A stretch of DNA of 27,212 nt from a virus (taxonomy: Duplodnaviria > Caudoviricetes), in the IMG/VR virus record IMGVR_UViG_3300037515_000423, positions 1 through 27,212 of that record; one strand, written 5' to 3'. A program made the translations under genes and the position numbers. A model generated the notes under the pieces. The model searched no databases. It saw only the letters and a program-made list of their open reading frames with translations, and had not been told where the DNA came from. Each line of letters begins with the position of its first letter. Position 1 is the stretch's first letter. Below, one piece after another: positions 1 to 9,085 of this stretch.

Positions 1-1
1 G

Positions 2-985
2 CCCGTCGGCGAGGTGGTTGGCGTCGATCACGACGGCCTCAACCTGTGGGTGCAGTGGCGGCCGATCATCGATCCGCAGACCAACGCCGATCGCATCGCA
101 TCGCTGATCCGCGAGGGCTTCACCGAGAGGTCGATCGGGATGGAGCGGATGCGCGCATCCGGTGAGTGGCGGCTCTTCCACATCGCGCTGCTGTCGATGG
201 GGGAGTCGCCGCGAATCGAGAACATGCCTCGGCTCGGCAGTGTGTCGCGGGAAGATCGGGCAGCCGAGTGGCAGGTCTTCAGCGACGCCGCCGAAGAGCG
301 CCAAGACCGCGACCAAGACCGCGATTACTACCAGCTCCGCACGTGTGATCCGGCCGCACCGGCCGAGGAGGATTTCGTCATGCCGCTTTCCACGAAGGAC
401 ACCGAATCGCTCCGGACCATGTTCGCCGAGCTGGTCGAGCCGCTGAGCAAGACGCTCACCGACCTGGGCTCCAAGGTCGAGACGCTGGAGCAGACGACGG
501 AGGAGCGCCAGACCGCGGCCGACGAGGAGAAGCGCAAGGTCGAGGAGGAGCGCGAGGCAAACGCCGAGAAGGAGGAGAAGCGCCTGCTCAGCGAGCGCGA
601 TCGTCTGCAGAGCGAGGCGGTGCGGCGCGGCGTCCGACCCGACAAGGTGCAGGCGTTCGTCGACGCCTTCGCGTGGGAGGAGCCGACCGAGGCGCAGGTC
701 AAGCAGCTCGCCGCCGGCCTCGATGCCATCCCCGTCACCGTCGGCGATCGTGTCGCCGTCGAGGTGATGGACGCGGAAGGCCGGGTGGTCGGCCACTTCG
801 ACGCCGATCGTCACTTCAAGCTCGGGTCGCTGCCGACCTCGTACGACCGCGAGGAAGCGGCCCTCGTGGCCAGGATCCTGAGCGCCGCGCCGCGCAAGAG
901 CGGCAAGCTCGAAGACCCGCAGGCGGTACTGGCGCAGATCCGCGAGGCGGCCGGTGCTGGCTCGCCACGACTGCTCTCGATCTGA
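2..985 (+). CDS. Mu-like prohead protease/scaffold (gpI-type), 5' truncated
   Basis: Frame is open from base 2 (PVGEVVGVDHDGLNLWVQW). FTERSIGM and LFHIALL...PRIENMPRL resemble Mu I protease motifs. C-terminal half is an E/K/R-rich coiled coil. Lies upstream of cement and capsid genes. Confidence 0.7.
   Translation, partial: PVGEVVGVDHDGLNLWVQWRPIIDPQTNADRIASLIREGFTERSIGMERMRASGEWRLFHIALLSMGESPRIENMPRLGSVSREDRAAEWQVFSDAAEERQDRDQDRDYYQLRTCDPAAPAEEDFVMPLSTKDTESLRTMFAELVEPLSKTLTDLGSKVETLEQTTEERQTAADEEKRKVEEEREANAEKEEKRLLSERDRLQSEAVRRGVRPDKVQAFVDAFAWEEPTEAQVKQLAAGLDAIPVTVGDRVAVEVMDAEGRVVGHFDADRHFKLGSLPTSYDREEAALVARILSAAPRKSGKLEDPQAVLAQIREAAGAGSPRLLSI
380..985 (+). CDS. Putative nested in-frame scaffolding protein (Mu gpZ-like), 201 aa
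   Basis: GAGGAGG at 365-371, 8 nt before an in-frame ATG at 380, exactly where the coiled-coil region starts. Confidence 0.55.
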   Translation: MPLSTKDTESLRTMFAELVEPLSKTLTDLGSKVETLEQTTEERQTAADEEKRKVEEEREANAEKEEKRLLSERDRLQSEAVRRGVRPDKVQAFVDAFAWEEPTEAQVKQLAAGLDAIPVTVGDRVAVEVMDAEGRVVGHFDADRHFKLGSLPTSYDREEAALVARILSAAPRKSGKLEDPQAVLAQIREAAGAGSPRLLSI

Positions 986-1021
986 GGGCCGGACCCAGTC
1001 ACTCGTACCAGGAGATAGGTC

Positions 1022-1675
1022 ATGAGTCTTCTCGGAGAACAGATCGCAGTCGACCTCAACGTCGTGGCCTCGGGCGCGATCACGAAGAACCGTTTCGTCG
1101 CACGTGTCGCCTCACCGGCCAACGCTGTCGCCCAGGCGACCGTCTCGGGGCAGGGGGTCCACGGCGTGGCGTGGGCGGGCGCCGCAACCGGTGAGGGTGT
1201 GCGGCTCGTGCGCCTCGGCGTCGTCGAGGTGGAGAGCGGCGCGGCCGTCTCGGCTGGTGACGTGGTCCAGACCGATGCGTCGGGCCGCGCCATCACCGCC
1301 GTGAGCAACGGCGTCGCGGCCGGCATCGCACTCGAAGCGGCCGGCGGTGCGGCCGAGCTGATCAAGGTCGACCTCTTCGTCAGCATCGAAGGGGCCGGAG
1401 GTCAGCGGATGGTCGTCGGCCAGGCGACCCCAACTGCCGGGACCACCACGGTGGTGACGGGCCTGACGCTCGTGACTGGTGCGGTCGTCTCCCTCGACGA
1501 CGATCCGACGGTGACGCACCTGTCCTCGACGGCGACGATCGGCGACCAGGCCGGGGCTCCGGCGGCCGGCTCGATCATCCTGAAGCACTGGAAGCCGACG
1601 GCCGTCGACAACGTCACGCCGATCGCTGCAACCACGCCGTGGGGCGAGGTCACCTGGATCGCAGTCGGCGTCTGA
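1022..1675 (+). CDS. Capsid cement/decoration protein (DUF2190-like) with an extra C-terminal domain
   Basis: RBS AGGAG. Gly/Ala/Val-rich N-domain with VEVESGAAVSAGDVVQTDASGRAIT...GIALEAAGGAAELIKV. Sits between scaffold and capsid genes. Confidence 0.8.
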   Translation: MSLLGEQIAVDLNVVASGAITKNRFVARVASPANAVAQATVSGQGVHGVAWAGAATGEGVRLVRLGVVEVESGAAVSAGDVVQTDASGRAITAVSNGVAAGIALEAAGGAAELIKVDLFVSIEGAGGQRMVVGQATPTAGTTTVVTGLTLVTGAVVSLDDDPTVTHLSSTATIGDQAGAPAAGSIILKHWKPTAVDNVTPIAATTPWGEVTWIAVGV

Positions 1676-1703
1676 TCCGATCCCGAAGCGCAAGGAGAAC
1701 GCG

Positions 1704-2789
1704 ATGCACAGTCTCGAACAGCTCCAGACCCTGATCCCGGCCGGCCGGGAGCTCGGGATCGATCATCCGGTCTACGCCGTCGATCTCTCGACGATGACGA
1801 TCGAGGATCGCTACCGGCTCTTCGCGAAGAGTGCCGGCGACGTGATCGCTCAGCCGGCACTCACGACTGCGGTCGTGATCGGGCAGATGCAGAAGCGGGC
1901 CATGTTTCCCGACTTCTTCGCGCCGCCCCAGCAGGTCACGAGCGTGCAGTTCCGGCGCCCGACGTGGCCGAACGACGAGTGGATGGAGCGCAAAGACACG
2001 AAGCGCGCGGAGTCGGCGCCGTACCCGACCAGCACGGTGACGCCCAGCACGGAGACCGGGACGCTCGAGCGCCACTCGTGGGCGACGATGGTGGACCAGC
2101 GGGTGCTCAACAACGCGGACCCGATCTTCGGCATCGGTGAGAAATTCGCCGGCCTCGCTTCAAGGATTGTGCGCAAGAGCTTCGAGTACGAGCTGTCCAC
2201 GCTGGTCGAGACCACAACGACCGCGGTCTACAAGTCCGGTCACGTCACCACGCTGGGGGGCGGCGACGAGTTCAACGCTGCCAGCCCGTCGCTCACGCCG
2301 CGCCAGGTTGCTCGCGCGCTCATCTTCAAGATCTGCAACTCGACCGGCTGTCAGCCGTCCGATCTCAAGATCTTTCTGCCGCTCTCGACTGAAGAGGCGC
2401 TCATCGCCAACGCGGACTTCACGACCTGGCTACGCGGCCAGCAGGCCATGGTGGCCGACCCGATGCAGCAGGGGCCGGTGTATGCCCGCTACTTCGGGGT
2501 CGGCGAAGCGCTGGTCGAGAATCCATGGGGTCGGACGGCCGGCACAACCGGGCCGATCTTCACCGACAAGCTCTTCATCTTCCTCCCCGGTGTGGGCGGC
2601 GACTACGACGCCGAGTACGGCGAGCGCCGCTTCCTCCTGCACACCAGAATGAACGCCGGCATCGCCTCCGAGCCGTTCATGACCCGCCAGAACTCGTCGC
2701 AGTGGTGGCCGTGGGATGAGGAGTGGCTGCTCGAGGTGCTCGACACCGCGGCCGGCGCCCTTGTCGTCAACACCAATAAGGACGTCTGA
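1704..2789 (+). CDS. Major capsid protein, module 1 (361 aa)
   Basis: RBS AAGGAG. Size, position and the pattern PALT...FFAP...TKRAE...LERH...VDQRVLNNAD resemble capsids of Mu-like/lambda E-like heads. Confidence 0.75.
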   Translation: MHSLEQLQTLIPAGRELGIDHPVYAVDLSTMTIEDRYRLFAKSAGDVIAQPALTTAVVIGQMQKRAMFPDFFAPPQQVTSVQFRRPTWPNDEWMERKDTKRAESAPYPTSTVTPSTETGTLERHSWATMVDQRVLNNADPIFGIGEKFAGLASRIVRKSFEYELSTLVETTTTAVYKSGHVTTLGGGDEFNAASPSLTPRQVARALIFKICNSTGCQPSDLKIFLPLSTEEALIANADFTTWLRGQQAMVADPMQQGPVYARYFGVGEALVENPWGRTAGTTGPIFTDKLFIFLPGVGGDYDAEYGERRFLLHTRMNAGIASEPFMTRQNSSQWWPWDEEWLLEVLDTAAGALVVNTNKDV

Positions 2790-2794
2790 TCCTG

Positions 2795-3004
2795 ATGGCC
2801 GAGCCGCTCACCAGCCGTGATGCCGTCGATCGGGTCTACACCGACCTGGTCGGCGGTCTCATGGCAGACGGTCGACGCCCCTCCGAGGTGCGCGCCGAGG
2901 CGAAGGCGGCACTCATGGAGGAGTGGGCGGCGCAGACCGGTGTTGCAGAGCTGCCCGAGTACATCGCTCGACTCGGCGAGATCGAGCAGGAAGGAGACCT
3001 GTAA
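2795..3004 (+). CDS. Hypothetical protein (69 aa)
   Basis: Fills the gap after the capsid gene; its stop overlaps the next start (TAATG). Confidence 0.6.
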   Translation: MAEPLTSRDAVDRVYTDLVGGLMADGRRPSEVRAEAKAALMEEWAAQTGVAELPEYIARLGEIEQEGDL

Positions 3005-3357
3005 TGCCGGAGATCATCCTCTCGACCAACCTGGTCTATCGGGGCAACAGCTATGATGCCGGCGATACCGTCGAGGTGAACGCCGAGACGCTCGCGCAGT
3101 TCCCGTTCCTCACCGTGACGGCTCCGGTTGCCGAGCAGAAGTCACCGAGCGAGGAGACCACGGAGCCCGAAGACAAAACCCGTCGAGAGGCATTCGACCT
3201 GACCTCGATCGATGGCATCGGCCCGGCGACGGCAAAGAAGCTGGCGGACGCCGGTCTCGACAGCGAGGACGAGCTACGCACCGCTCCGCTCGAAACGATC
3301 GAGGAGGTGGCTGGTGCGAAGGCGGCGGCGGCGATCGAGGAGTGGCGCGCCGACTGA
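3004..3357 (+). CDS. Helix-hairpin-helix domain protein (117 aa)
   Basis: RBS GGAAGGAG, ATG at 3004; DLTSIDGIGPATAKKLADAGLDS is an HhH motif. Confidence 0.8.
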   Translation: MPEIILSTNLVYRGNSYDAGDTVEVNAETLAQFPFLTVTAPVAEQKSPSEETTEPEDKTRREAFDLTSIDGIGPATAKKLADAGLDSEDELRTAPLETIEEVAGAKAAAAIEEWRAD

Positions 3358-3376
3358 GGGGCCCTGAGGTGCGTGG

Positions 3377-3814
3377 ATGGCCTACTCTGATCCGGACAGC
3401 GCAGCACTCCAGAAGCTGGAGACCGATGCGACCAAGCGGGCCAGCGCCGTCGATGCAGCCGATTCGCTGATCGACAACGCGCTTGCCAGCTCGCCGCTCG
3501 GCTACGTCGTCCCCGTCGACGTCACGGCCATCTCGGACGCAACCGTCAAGGCGCGGGTCACTGCGCTGCTCGACGAGCTGTCGACCTCGCTGGCCGCCTG
3601 GCACCTGACGCGCGGCCACGCTGGCGCGCCCCAGAAGGTCAAGAAGGACTGGGAGAAGGCGCGCAACTTCCTCGACCAGATCGCCAAGGGCCGCGCCGAG
3701 TTCTCCGGCGTACCGCGCTCGAGCGCAACGGGTACGCGGATCGGTGTCGTCGGCGACCAGGGGCCGGACTTCCCCCAATCCCTCTACGACTGCGCCGACA
3801 GGATGCTGCAGTGA
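3377..3814 (+). CDS. Head-tail adaptor, Mu gp36/DUF1320-like
   Basis: MAY start, ADSLIDNALAS...YVVPV, LAAWHL, KKDWEKARNFLDQIAKGRA match the gp36 family pattern; expected position. Confidence 0.8.
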   Translation: MAYSDPDSAALQKLETDATKRASAVDAADSLIDNALASSPLGYVVPVDVTAISDATVKARVTALLDELSTSLAAWHLTRGHAGAPQKVKKDWEKARNFLDQIAKGRAEFSGVPRSSATGTRIGVVGDQGPDFPQSLYDCADRMLQ

Positions 3815-4389
3815 CGACCATCACCGTCGATCTCACCGGCCGCGGACTCGAGCAGGAGATTGCTCGCGTGCTCGATCTGCGCCCGGCGCTCGAGGCGAGC
3901 GTGCGGCGGTGGCGCCGGATCATCGCTGCGGAGTTTCAGGGCGGCTACTGGCAGAGTCCGGGCGGCGGTCGGGTCGCGTGGCGACGCGTCGAGGCGTTCG
4001 GCTCACGGCCAGGCGGGTCACCGCTCCTGCGGACCGGTGCACTGTTGCGAGCCTGGCTGGGTACGGGTGCCGGTGGCTTCGAGCAGTTCGGTGCGCTGGA
4101 GGCCAGCTTTGGGGTTCGGGGCTCGGCGTTCCCGGGTGCCGTGGTGCATCGTGGAGGGGCCGGCATCGTGCGGACCGCGGAGGCGCGGCGCGACACGCGC
4201 ATCCGGGTCACGGCGAGGATGCGGGCGTTTCTCGGCCGACGGTACGGCGTGTGGTTGCGTCGCTCGACCGGCTTCGTTCGTGTGCCGCCCCGTCCACACG
4301 CGACCGATAGCCCCGAGCTGGCCACCGGCGTCACGGCCGACATGGTGGCGCATGTGCGCGGTGAGGCGCGGAGGTTGGTCGTTGCCTGA
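3811..4389 (+). CDS. Virion morphogenesis/tail completion protein (Mu gpG-like)
   Basis: Arg-rich 192 aa; SPGG..W, PLLRTGALL, VVHRGG, RVPPRP motifs; GTGA overlap with upstream gene. Confidence 0.75.
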   Translation: MTTITVDLTGRGLEQEIARVLDLRPALEASVRRWRRIIAAEFQGGYWQSPGGGRVAWRRVEAFGSRPGGSPLLRTGALLRAWLGTGAGGFEQFGALEASFGVRGSAFPGAVVHRGGAGIVRTAEARRDTRIRVTARMRAFLGRRYGVWLRRSTGFVRVPPRPHATDSPELATGVTADMVAHVRGEARRLVVA

Positions 4390-4952
4390 TGCCGCAGCCC
4401 GACCCCTTCGCCGCCTTCCCGCTCTCGCATGTGGACCGCATCGAGATCGCCGCGCAGGATCTGTTGCTCGACGACACGCAGATCTCGACCTGGTGCGCTG
4501 GCCGGGTCTACCGGTTGCCCGATCCGACGATGGTGCCGCTCACCGACCTACCGGCCCTCTTCGTCGTGGCGGCGCGCACCCAGCAGCAGCCGGATCTTCA
4601 GAGCGAGGACGACGTCTTTGTCGAGCTCAAGCTTGTCGGCTTCTACGAGGAGGGTCGCGACCGTGTGGAGCCGACGGAGCGGACGGTGAGCGGCCTCGTC
4701 GAGGAGCTGCTCCGCATCTTCGCCGGCACGGGCGACAGTACGCTGCTGATCGTGCCTCGCTATTCGAGCCAGCCGCTCGTCGATCGGCTAGACCAGATCT
4801 TCGACACCGACTACCAGGTCGTGGAGCAGCAACAGCCGAACCTCGAAGAGGGCGAGGCGTCACCGACGATCATCAGGGCCGTCGAGCAGCGTCTGCTCTA
4901 CAGCTACCTGGTCGACCGCGACACGCGCGAGAAGGTCGGATTCACTCCGTGA
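4389..4952 (+). CDS. Putative tail terminator/neck protein
   Basis: Acidic 187 aa with LPALFV; lies between gpG-like gene and tail tube; TGATG coupling. Confidence 0.55.
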   Translation: MPQPDPFAAFPLSHVDRIEIAAQDLLLDDTQISTWCAGRVYRLPDPTMVPLTDLPALFVVAARTQQQPDLQSEDDVFVELKLVGFYEEGRDRVEPTERTVSGLVEELLRIFAGTGDSTLLIVPRYSSQPLVDRLDQIFDTDYQVVEQQQPNLEEGEASPTIIRAVEQRLLYSYLVDRDTREKVGFTP

Positions 4953-4962
4953 GGTGAGAGCG

Positions 4963-5205
4963 ATGGGCGAGCCTATCTATCCCTACCGGGTCGAGCTGCC
5001 GAAGGATGCGGCGACCGGTGACTGCACGTTCAAGGGGTGCCGCTTCACCCGCGGCGTCTCACAGGTGCTGCACATCTCGGAGCGTGTGGCGCGCAGCGCG
5101 GCCGAAGGACCGTTCACGGTCGAGAAGGCGGCACCGAAGGCCGAGAAGGCCGAGGCACCGAAGGCGAAGCCAAAGCCGAAGACCGCGACCGAGAAGGAGG
5201 AGTAG
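4963..5205 (+). CDS. Small hypothetical protein with K/A/P-rich tail (80 aa)
   Basis: RBS GAGGTGA before ATG at 4963; directly precedes tail tube. Confidence 0.65.
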   Translation: MGEPIYPYRVELPKDAATGDCTFKGCRFTRGVSQVLHISERVARSAAEGPFTVEKAAPKAEKAEAPKAKPKPKTATEKEE

Positions 5206-5208
5206 CCG

Positions 5209-6567
5209 ATGGCTGGCAAATTCCGATCCGCAGAGGCGCTCTTCCGGCTCGCGTGGGAGGCGACCGTTGGGATACCGACCAACGCCAACTGGCACGACCT
5301 GCGCATCGCCTCCGAGGATCTCGCGCAGGAAGCGCCGACCATTCAGCCCAACACGCTCAACCCGAGCGGGTTCCGCTCGGTCGGGCTGCCGAGCAAGTTC
5401 AACGAAACGGGCTCGATCACGACCGATCTGGAGCCGCAAGGCCTCGCCTACATCCTCGCGCAGATCCAAGAGGCCGGCTCGGTCGCGACCCTGACAGCCG
5501 GCCAGAGCTTTCGCCACACCCTCGCACCGACGGAGAGTTCTCTCGACTTCGACAAGACGCAGACGCTGCGCATGGCGCGCTCCGATGGCCTGCTCCAGAC
5601 CTTCCTGGGTGCCCGGTGCTCGGGCTTCACGGTCGCGGCCAACGTGCGCGGCGTCGTCACGGTCAATCCGGCGTTCGCCTACGAGCGCGCGCACTACTGG
5701 GACTTCGCGACGGTCGTCCTCGAAGACGCGACGCCGACACGGCCAGTCCTGCGTGGCCTGCCGAAGTACGCGAACCATGCCCTGATCGACCACGACGTGT
5801 ACGTCAAGGTGACGGACATCACCAACTTTCCGACCGACATCGGCCTCGACGTGAAGGTCGGTTCGGGATCGAGCTACGACACCATCGACCTCCGGGTGAC
5901 GCCGACCACCTGGACGGAGGTCAAGCACCCGACGCTCGGCCAGACGATTCCGGGCGCGCAGGACACCGACGGTCTCGGTGAGCCGGACTCACCGGTCGAG
6001 ATCTACATCGGGGCGCTCGACCAGGCACTGAGCGACGAGTGGCGCTACATCGGCGAGTCGCAGCTGACCGAGCATCCATCGATCTGGACCCCCACCTACC
6101 CGATCCTCTCGGCACTCAACGAGATTCACGTCGACATCATGCTCGACGCGGTGGCGACTCGTTTCAACCAAGCGCAGCTCACCTATGCGAGGACCATCCA
6201 GCCGGACGAGAACCTCGGCACCCGTTTTGCCGACGGCCTGCTCGTCACCGGGCAGCGCACATGGAGCGGGCAGCTGAATCGGCGCTACCTATCGACTGCG
6301 CTGCGCAAGCGGTTGGAGGCGGGCGAGCCATTCAAGCTCGACATGACGATGGCGAGCCGTCAGAAGATCGGCACGTCGGACGATCTCTACCAGCTTCGCT
6401 TCACGGCGCCGCAGTGCATCGCGAACGGCCGGACGCCGGTGGTGCCCGGACCGGCCGACTTTCCCGAGGCTCTCGGATTCGACTGCTACGAGGACCCGAC
6501 CGACGGGACCGATCCGGCCGACATGATGATCCGCGCCGACAATTCCATCTCGGACCTTACGGTCTAG
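5209..6567 (+). CDS. Tail tube (major tail) protein, module 1 (452 aa)
   Basis: RBS AAGGAGGAG. N-terminal pattern LAWEATVGIPT...LRIASEDL...GSITTDL...FRHTLAP...QTFLGARCSGFTV is typical of siphovirus tube proteins. No sheath gene present. Confidence 0.75.
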   Translation: MAGKFRSAEALFRLAWEATVGIPTNANWHDLRIASEDLAQEAPTIQPNTLNPSGFRSVGLPSKFNETGSITTDLEPQGLAYILAQIQEAGSVATLTAGQSFRHTLAPTESSLDFDKTQTLRMARSDGLLQTFLGARCSGFTVAANVRGVVTVNPAFAYERAHYWDFATVVLEDATPTRPVLRGLPKYANHALIDHDVYVKVTDITNFPTDIGLDVKVGSGSSYDTIDLRVTPTTWTEVKHPTLGQTIPGAQDTDGLGEPDSPVEIYIGALDQALSDEWRYIGESQLTEHPSIWTPTYPILSALNEIHVDIMLDAVATRFNQAQLTYARTIQPDENLGTRFADGLLVTGQRTWSGQLNRRYLSTALRKRLEAGEPFKLDMTMASRQKIGTSDDLYQLRFTAPQCIANGRTPVVPGPADFPEALGFDCYEDPTDGTDPADMMIRADNSISDLTV

Positions 6568-6637
6568 TGTGGGGCTCGCTGCACTCGTCGTCTCAGATGT
6601 GACCGCGCGCGGCAACGTCGCGCGTCGAGGGTGGTCT

Positions 6638-6696
6638 CCTGTGCCCGGCCGGGGCGTCGGTTTCGCCTTCTTCGCCGGCGCCCCGACCGGGACAGG
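6638..6696 (+). promoter_or_regulatory. Long GC hairpin overlapping the tape-measure ribosome-binding region
   Basis: CCTGT-G-CCCGGCCGGGGCGTCGG (6638-6660) pairs with CCGGCGCCCCGACCGGG-ACAGG (6675-6696); the right arm includes the start of AGGGGTG before ATG 6705. Confidence 0.55.
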
Positions 6697-6704
6697 GGTG
6701 ATGC

Positions 6705-8828
6705 ATGGCTGAGGACATCACCCTACGGCTGCGTGGCGAGAACGAGGATCTCCGCCGCAAGCTCCAGCAGAGCCAGCAGGAGGTCGACGGACTGCGCGAG
6801 TCCGTCCAGAAGATCGAGACCACGTCGAAGGGGGCGGGCGACGCGATCGAGGCGGCGACTGCGGATCTGCGGGCCGAGTTCGCCGCCGCCCGTCAGGAGC
6901 TGGACGAGCTAGCGAGTCGCACCGACCAGGTCGAACCCGAGCTGAGCCACCTGCCCGATGGTCTGGTGCAGGGCTTGCGCCGTGTCGTTGACCTCACACA
7001 AGAGATCGAGACGGCCAGCCTAAATAGCTCCAAGGCGTTTGTGGAGCAGAGCGCTCGTGCCCGGATCGCCATCGCCGAGGTCAGCCAACAGGTCGAGGCG
7101 CTCGGCACCGATCTGGATCCGGAGTTGCGCCAGGTGGTGCGCGAGCTGGAGAGCGACTTCGAGTCGACGTTCAGGGTCGGGCAGCAGCGAGCCTCGCGTT
7201 TCAACGAAGAGGTCAAGCAGATCAGCAAGCAGACGGGGTTCGCGCGGACCGGCTACGTCGATCTGTCTGATGCGATTCTCGCGAAGAGCCCGCAGGCCGC
7301 ACAGGCAATTTTCGGCATCGTGTCGGCGCTCTTCACCTTGCGGTCCTCTTTCAAGGCGACGCGCGAGGTTATCGATTTCCTCGATGAGTTCGGCATCGAT
7401 GTCGATGCATTGTCCACGAAGGTTTTTCTTCTGCGACAGCAGGCAGAGGAATTCGTCAATCTCGACCGATTCTTCCGCGACGAGGATGCGGTGGCGGCGA
7501 AGGATCTGGCCAACCAGGTCAACATCCTGACTAAGCGCGGCATCGAGTTTATCCCCACGGCTGAGGGGATCGCGGCTGCGATGCAGCAGTGGAGTGAGCA
7601 GCAGCGCGTGCTGGGCGAGAGGTCACAGGAGACGAGCTCGGCGATCCAGGAGCTGAAGGAGCAGGTCGCCGGCCTCACGGTCGAGCAGGCTCGCGAGGAG
7701 ATCCGGGATCTTGTCGCCATCGTGCGCGAGCTGGGTGGTGACGTCGACGTGTTGCTCGAAGGTCCGCTCGGCGAGAAGTTCCGGGATCGTTTCGAGATCG
7801 CGCAGGAGGCGGCCCGTACGCTCGGCCTTCAGGTCGGCGACATCGTCGACGACGAGGACGTCGAGGTGTTCGATCGGGTCGGCGTGGCGGTCACGGCCTA
7901 CGGTGAGCAGGTTGCGGCGACCGAGCAGGCCACGAAGGACGCGAAAGACGCGCAAAAGCTGTACAATGTCGAGCTGGCCGAGGGAACGACCAAGGCGGTC
8001 GACACCGCCAAGCTGAAGCTCGAGGAGCTGGAAGCCGCGATCCGGCAGAGCAGCGAACGGATCGACGAGCTGCTCGAGAAGGCGCTCCGCCCCGTCGAGG
8101 CACCGAGCGTTGCGCCGCCCACCGGACAGCAGGGAGCGGTGCCGGGCGGCGACCAAGTCGAGAAGGTCCAGCAGCTACAGCAAGAGATCGACACCCTCAC
8201 GACGCAGCAACGGGACGGCCTGATCGTCACCGAGGACCAGCTTACGCGCTTGACCGATGCGCAGAACGAACTGGTTGTCGCCCAGGCCGACCTGTCGCGT
8301 GAATCTCAGCAGACCGGGCAGGTATTTTTTGAGGCTGCTGAGCGCTCGGCAGACGGGCAGGAGCGCCTCAACGATTTGATCGCCGGCTCGCGCGAGGAGG
8401 TCCGCGCACTGGCCGACCAGCTCGGCGAGAGCGGTGCAGCCGGCATCGAGTCGATCGAGCGCAACATCGACACATTCGAAGACTTCGCCGACCAGGTCGG
8501 AGCGACCGGTGCGGATGTGGAGCTGTTCGCGCGTGGCGTGCAGGAGGAACTGGACCGCATCAGGCGGCAGGCCGGTGAGGCGTTCGACGAGACGGAGAAG
8601 AGCGCGGAGAAGGGTGGAGAAGCGCTCGACAAGGTTGGCGACAAGGCCGGGGATGCGGGCAAGAAGGCCAGCGATCTCGGCGACGAGATGGAGGAGACCG
8701 GCAAGAAGATCGAGGAAAGTGCGCGCCGTGGAGTCGGTGAGGTCGACCTGCTGACCGACGCTCTCGATCGGGCGACTGATGCGTGTCAGCGGCTCGCTGA
8801 CTGCATGGCCGCCTTGGGGAACGCGTGA
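6705..8828 (+). CDS. Tape measure protein, module 1 (707 aa)
   Basis: MAEDITLRLRG N-terminus; long helical/coiled-coil composition with one hydrophobic stretch; follows tail tube. Confidence 0.7.
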   Translation: MAEDITLRLRGENEDLRRKLQQSQQEVDGLRESVQKIETTSKGAGDAIEAATADLRAEFAAARQELDELASRTDQVEPELSHLPDGLVQGLRRVVDLTQEIETASLNSSKAFVEQSARARIAIAEVSQQVEALGTDLDPELRQVVRELESDFESTFRVGQQRASRFNEEVKQISKQTGFARTGYVDLSDAILAKSPQAAQAIFGIVSALFTLRSSFKATREVIDFLDEFGIDVDALSTKVFLLRQQAEEFVNLDRFFRDEDAVAAKDLANQVNILTKRGIEFIPTAEGIAAAMQQWSEQQRVLGERSQETSSAIQELKEQVAGLTVEQAREEIRDLVAIVRELGGDVDVLLEGPLGEKFRDRFEIAQEAARTLGLQVGDIVDDEDVEVFDRVGVAVTAYGEQVAATEQATKDAKDAQKLYNVELAEGTTKAVDTAKLKLEELEAAIRQSSERIDELLEKALRPVEAPSVAPPTGQQGAVPGGDQVEKVQQLQQEIDTLTTQQRDGLIVTEDQLTRLTDAQNELVVAQADLSRESQQTGQVFFEAAERSADGQERLNDLIAGSREEVRALADQLGESGAAGIESIERNIDTFEDFADQVGATGADVELFARGVQEELDRIRRQAGEAFDETEKSAEKGGEALDKVGDKAGDAGKKASDLGDEMEETGKKIEESARRGVGEVDLLTDALDRATDACQRLADCMAALGNA

Positions 8829-9085
8829 TGGCGCGGGCATTGCTGATCGCTCACGGCCAGATTCTCGAGCTTGAGGCGTCGCTCCGGGCAGCGCTCGAAG
8901 AGTGTGAGCAGACCAGAGAGGCGGAAGAGGACGAGCGGGAGAGAGATCGCAGGCGCGGACGGCCGAGGGGCGACTACATCGACATGACTCTCTTTGATCA
9001 ACGCCTCCTGCAAGCCGACGACGCGCACTTAGGCCCGGCCAACACCGGGATCAACTGGCGGACTGGTCGCCGGTGGGGAACGTGA
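8828..9085 (+). CDS. Hypothetical coiled-coil protein (85 aa)
   Basis: TGATG overlaps at both ends. Confidence 0.6.
   Translation: MARALLIAHGQILELEASLRAALEECEQTREAEEDERERDRRRGRPRGDYIDMTLFDQRLLQADDAHLGPANTGINWRTGRRWGT

Noticed and set aside
301-324. Tandem 12-bp repeat CCAAGACCGCGA x2
   Set aside because: In-frame duplication in a linker (QDRDQDRD); too short for a CRISPR or att feature
6565-6912. Stop-codon readthrough from the tail tube into the in-frame 6631-6912 ORF
   Set aside because: The extension would be Arg/Ser-rich nonsense overlapping the tape measure; no supporting signal
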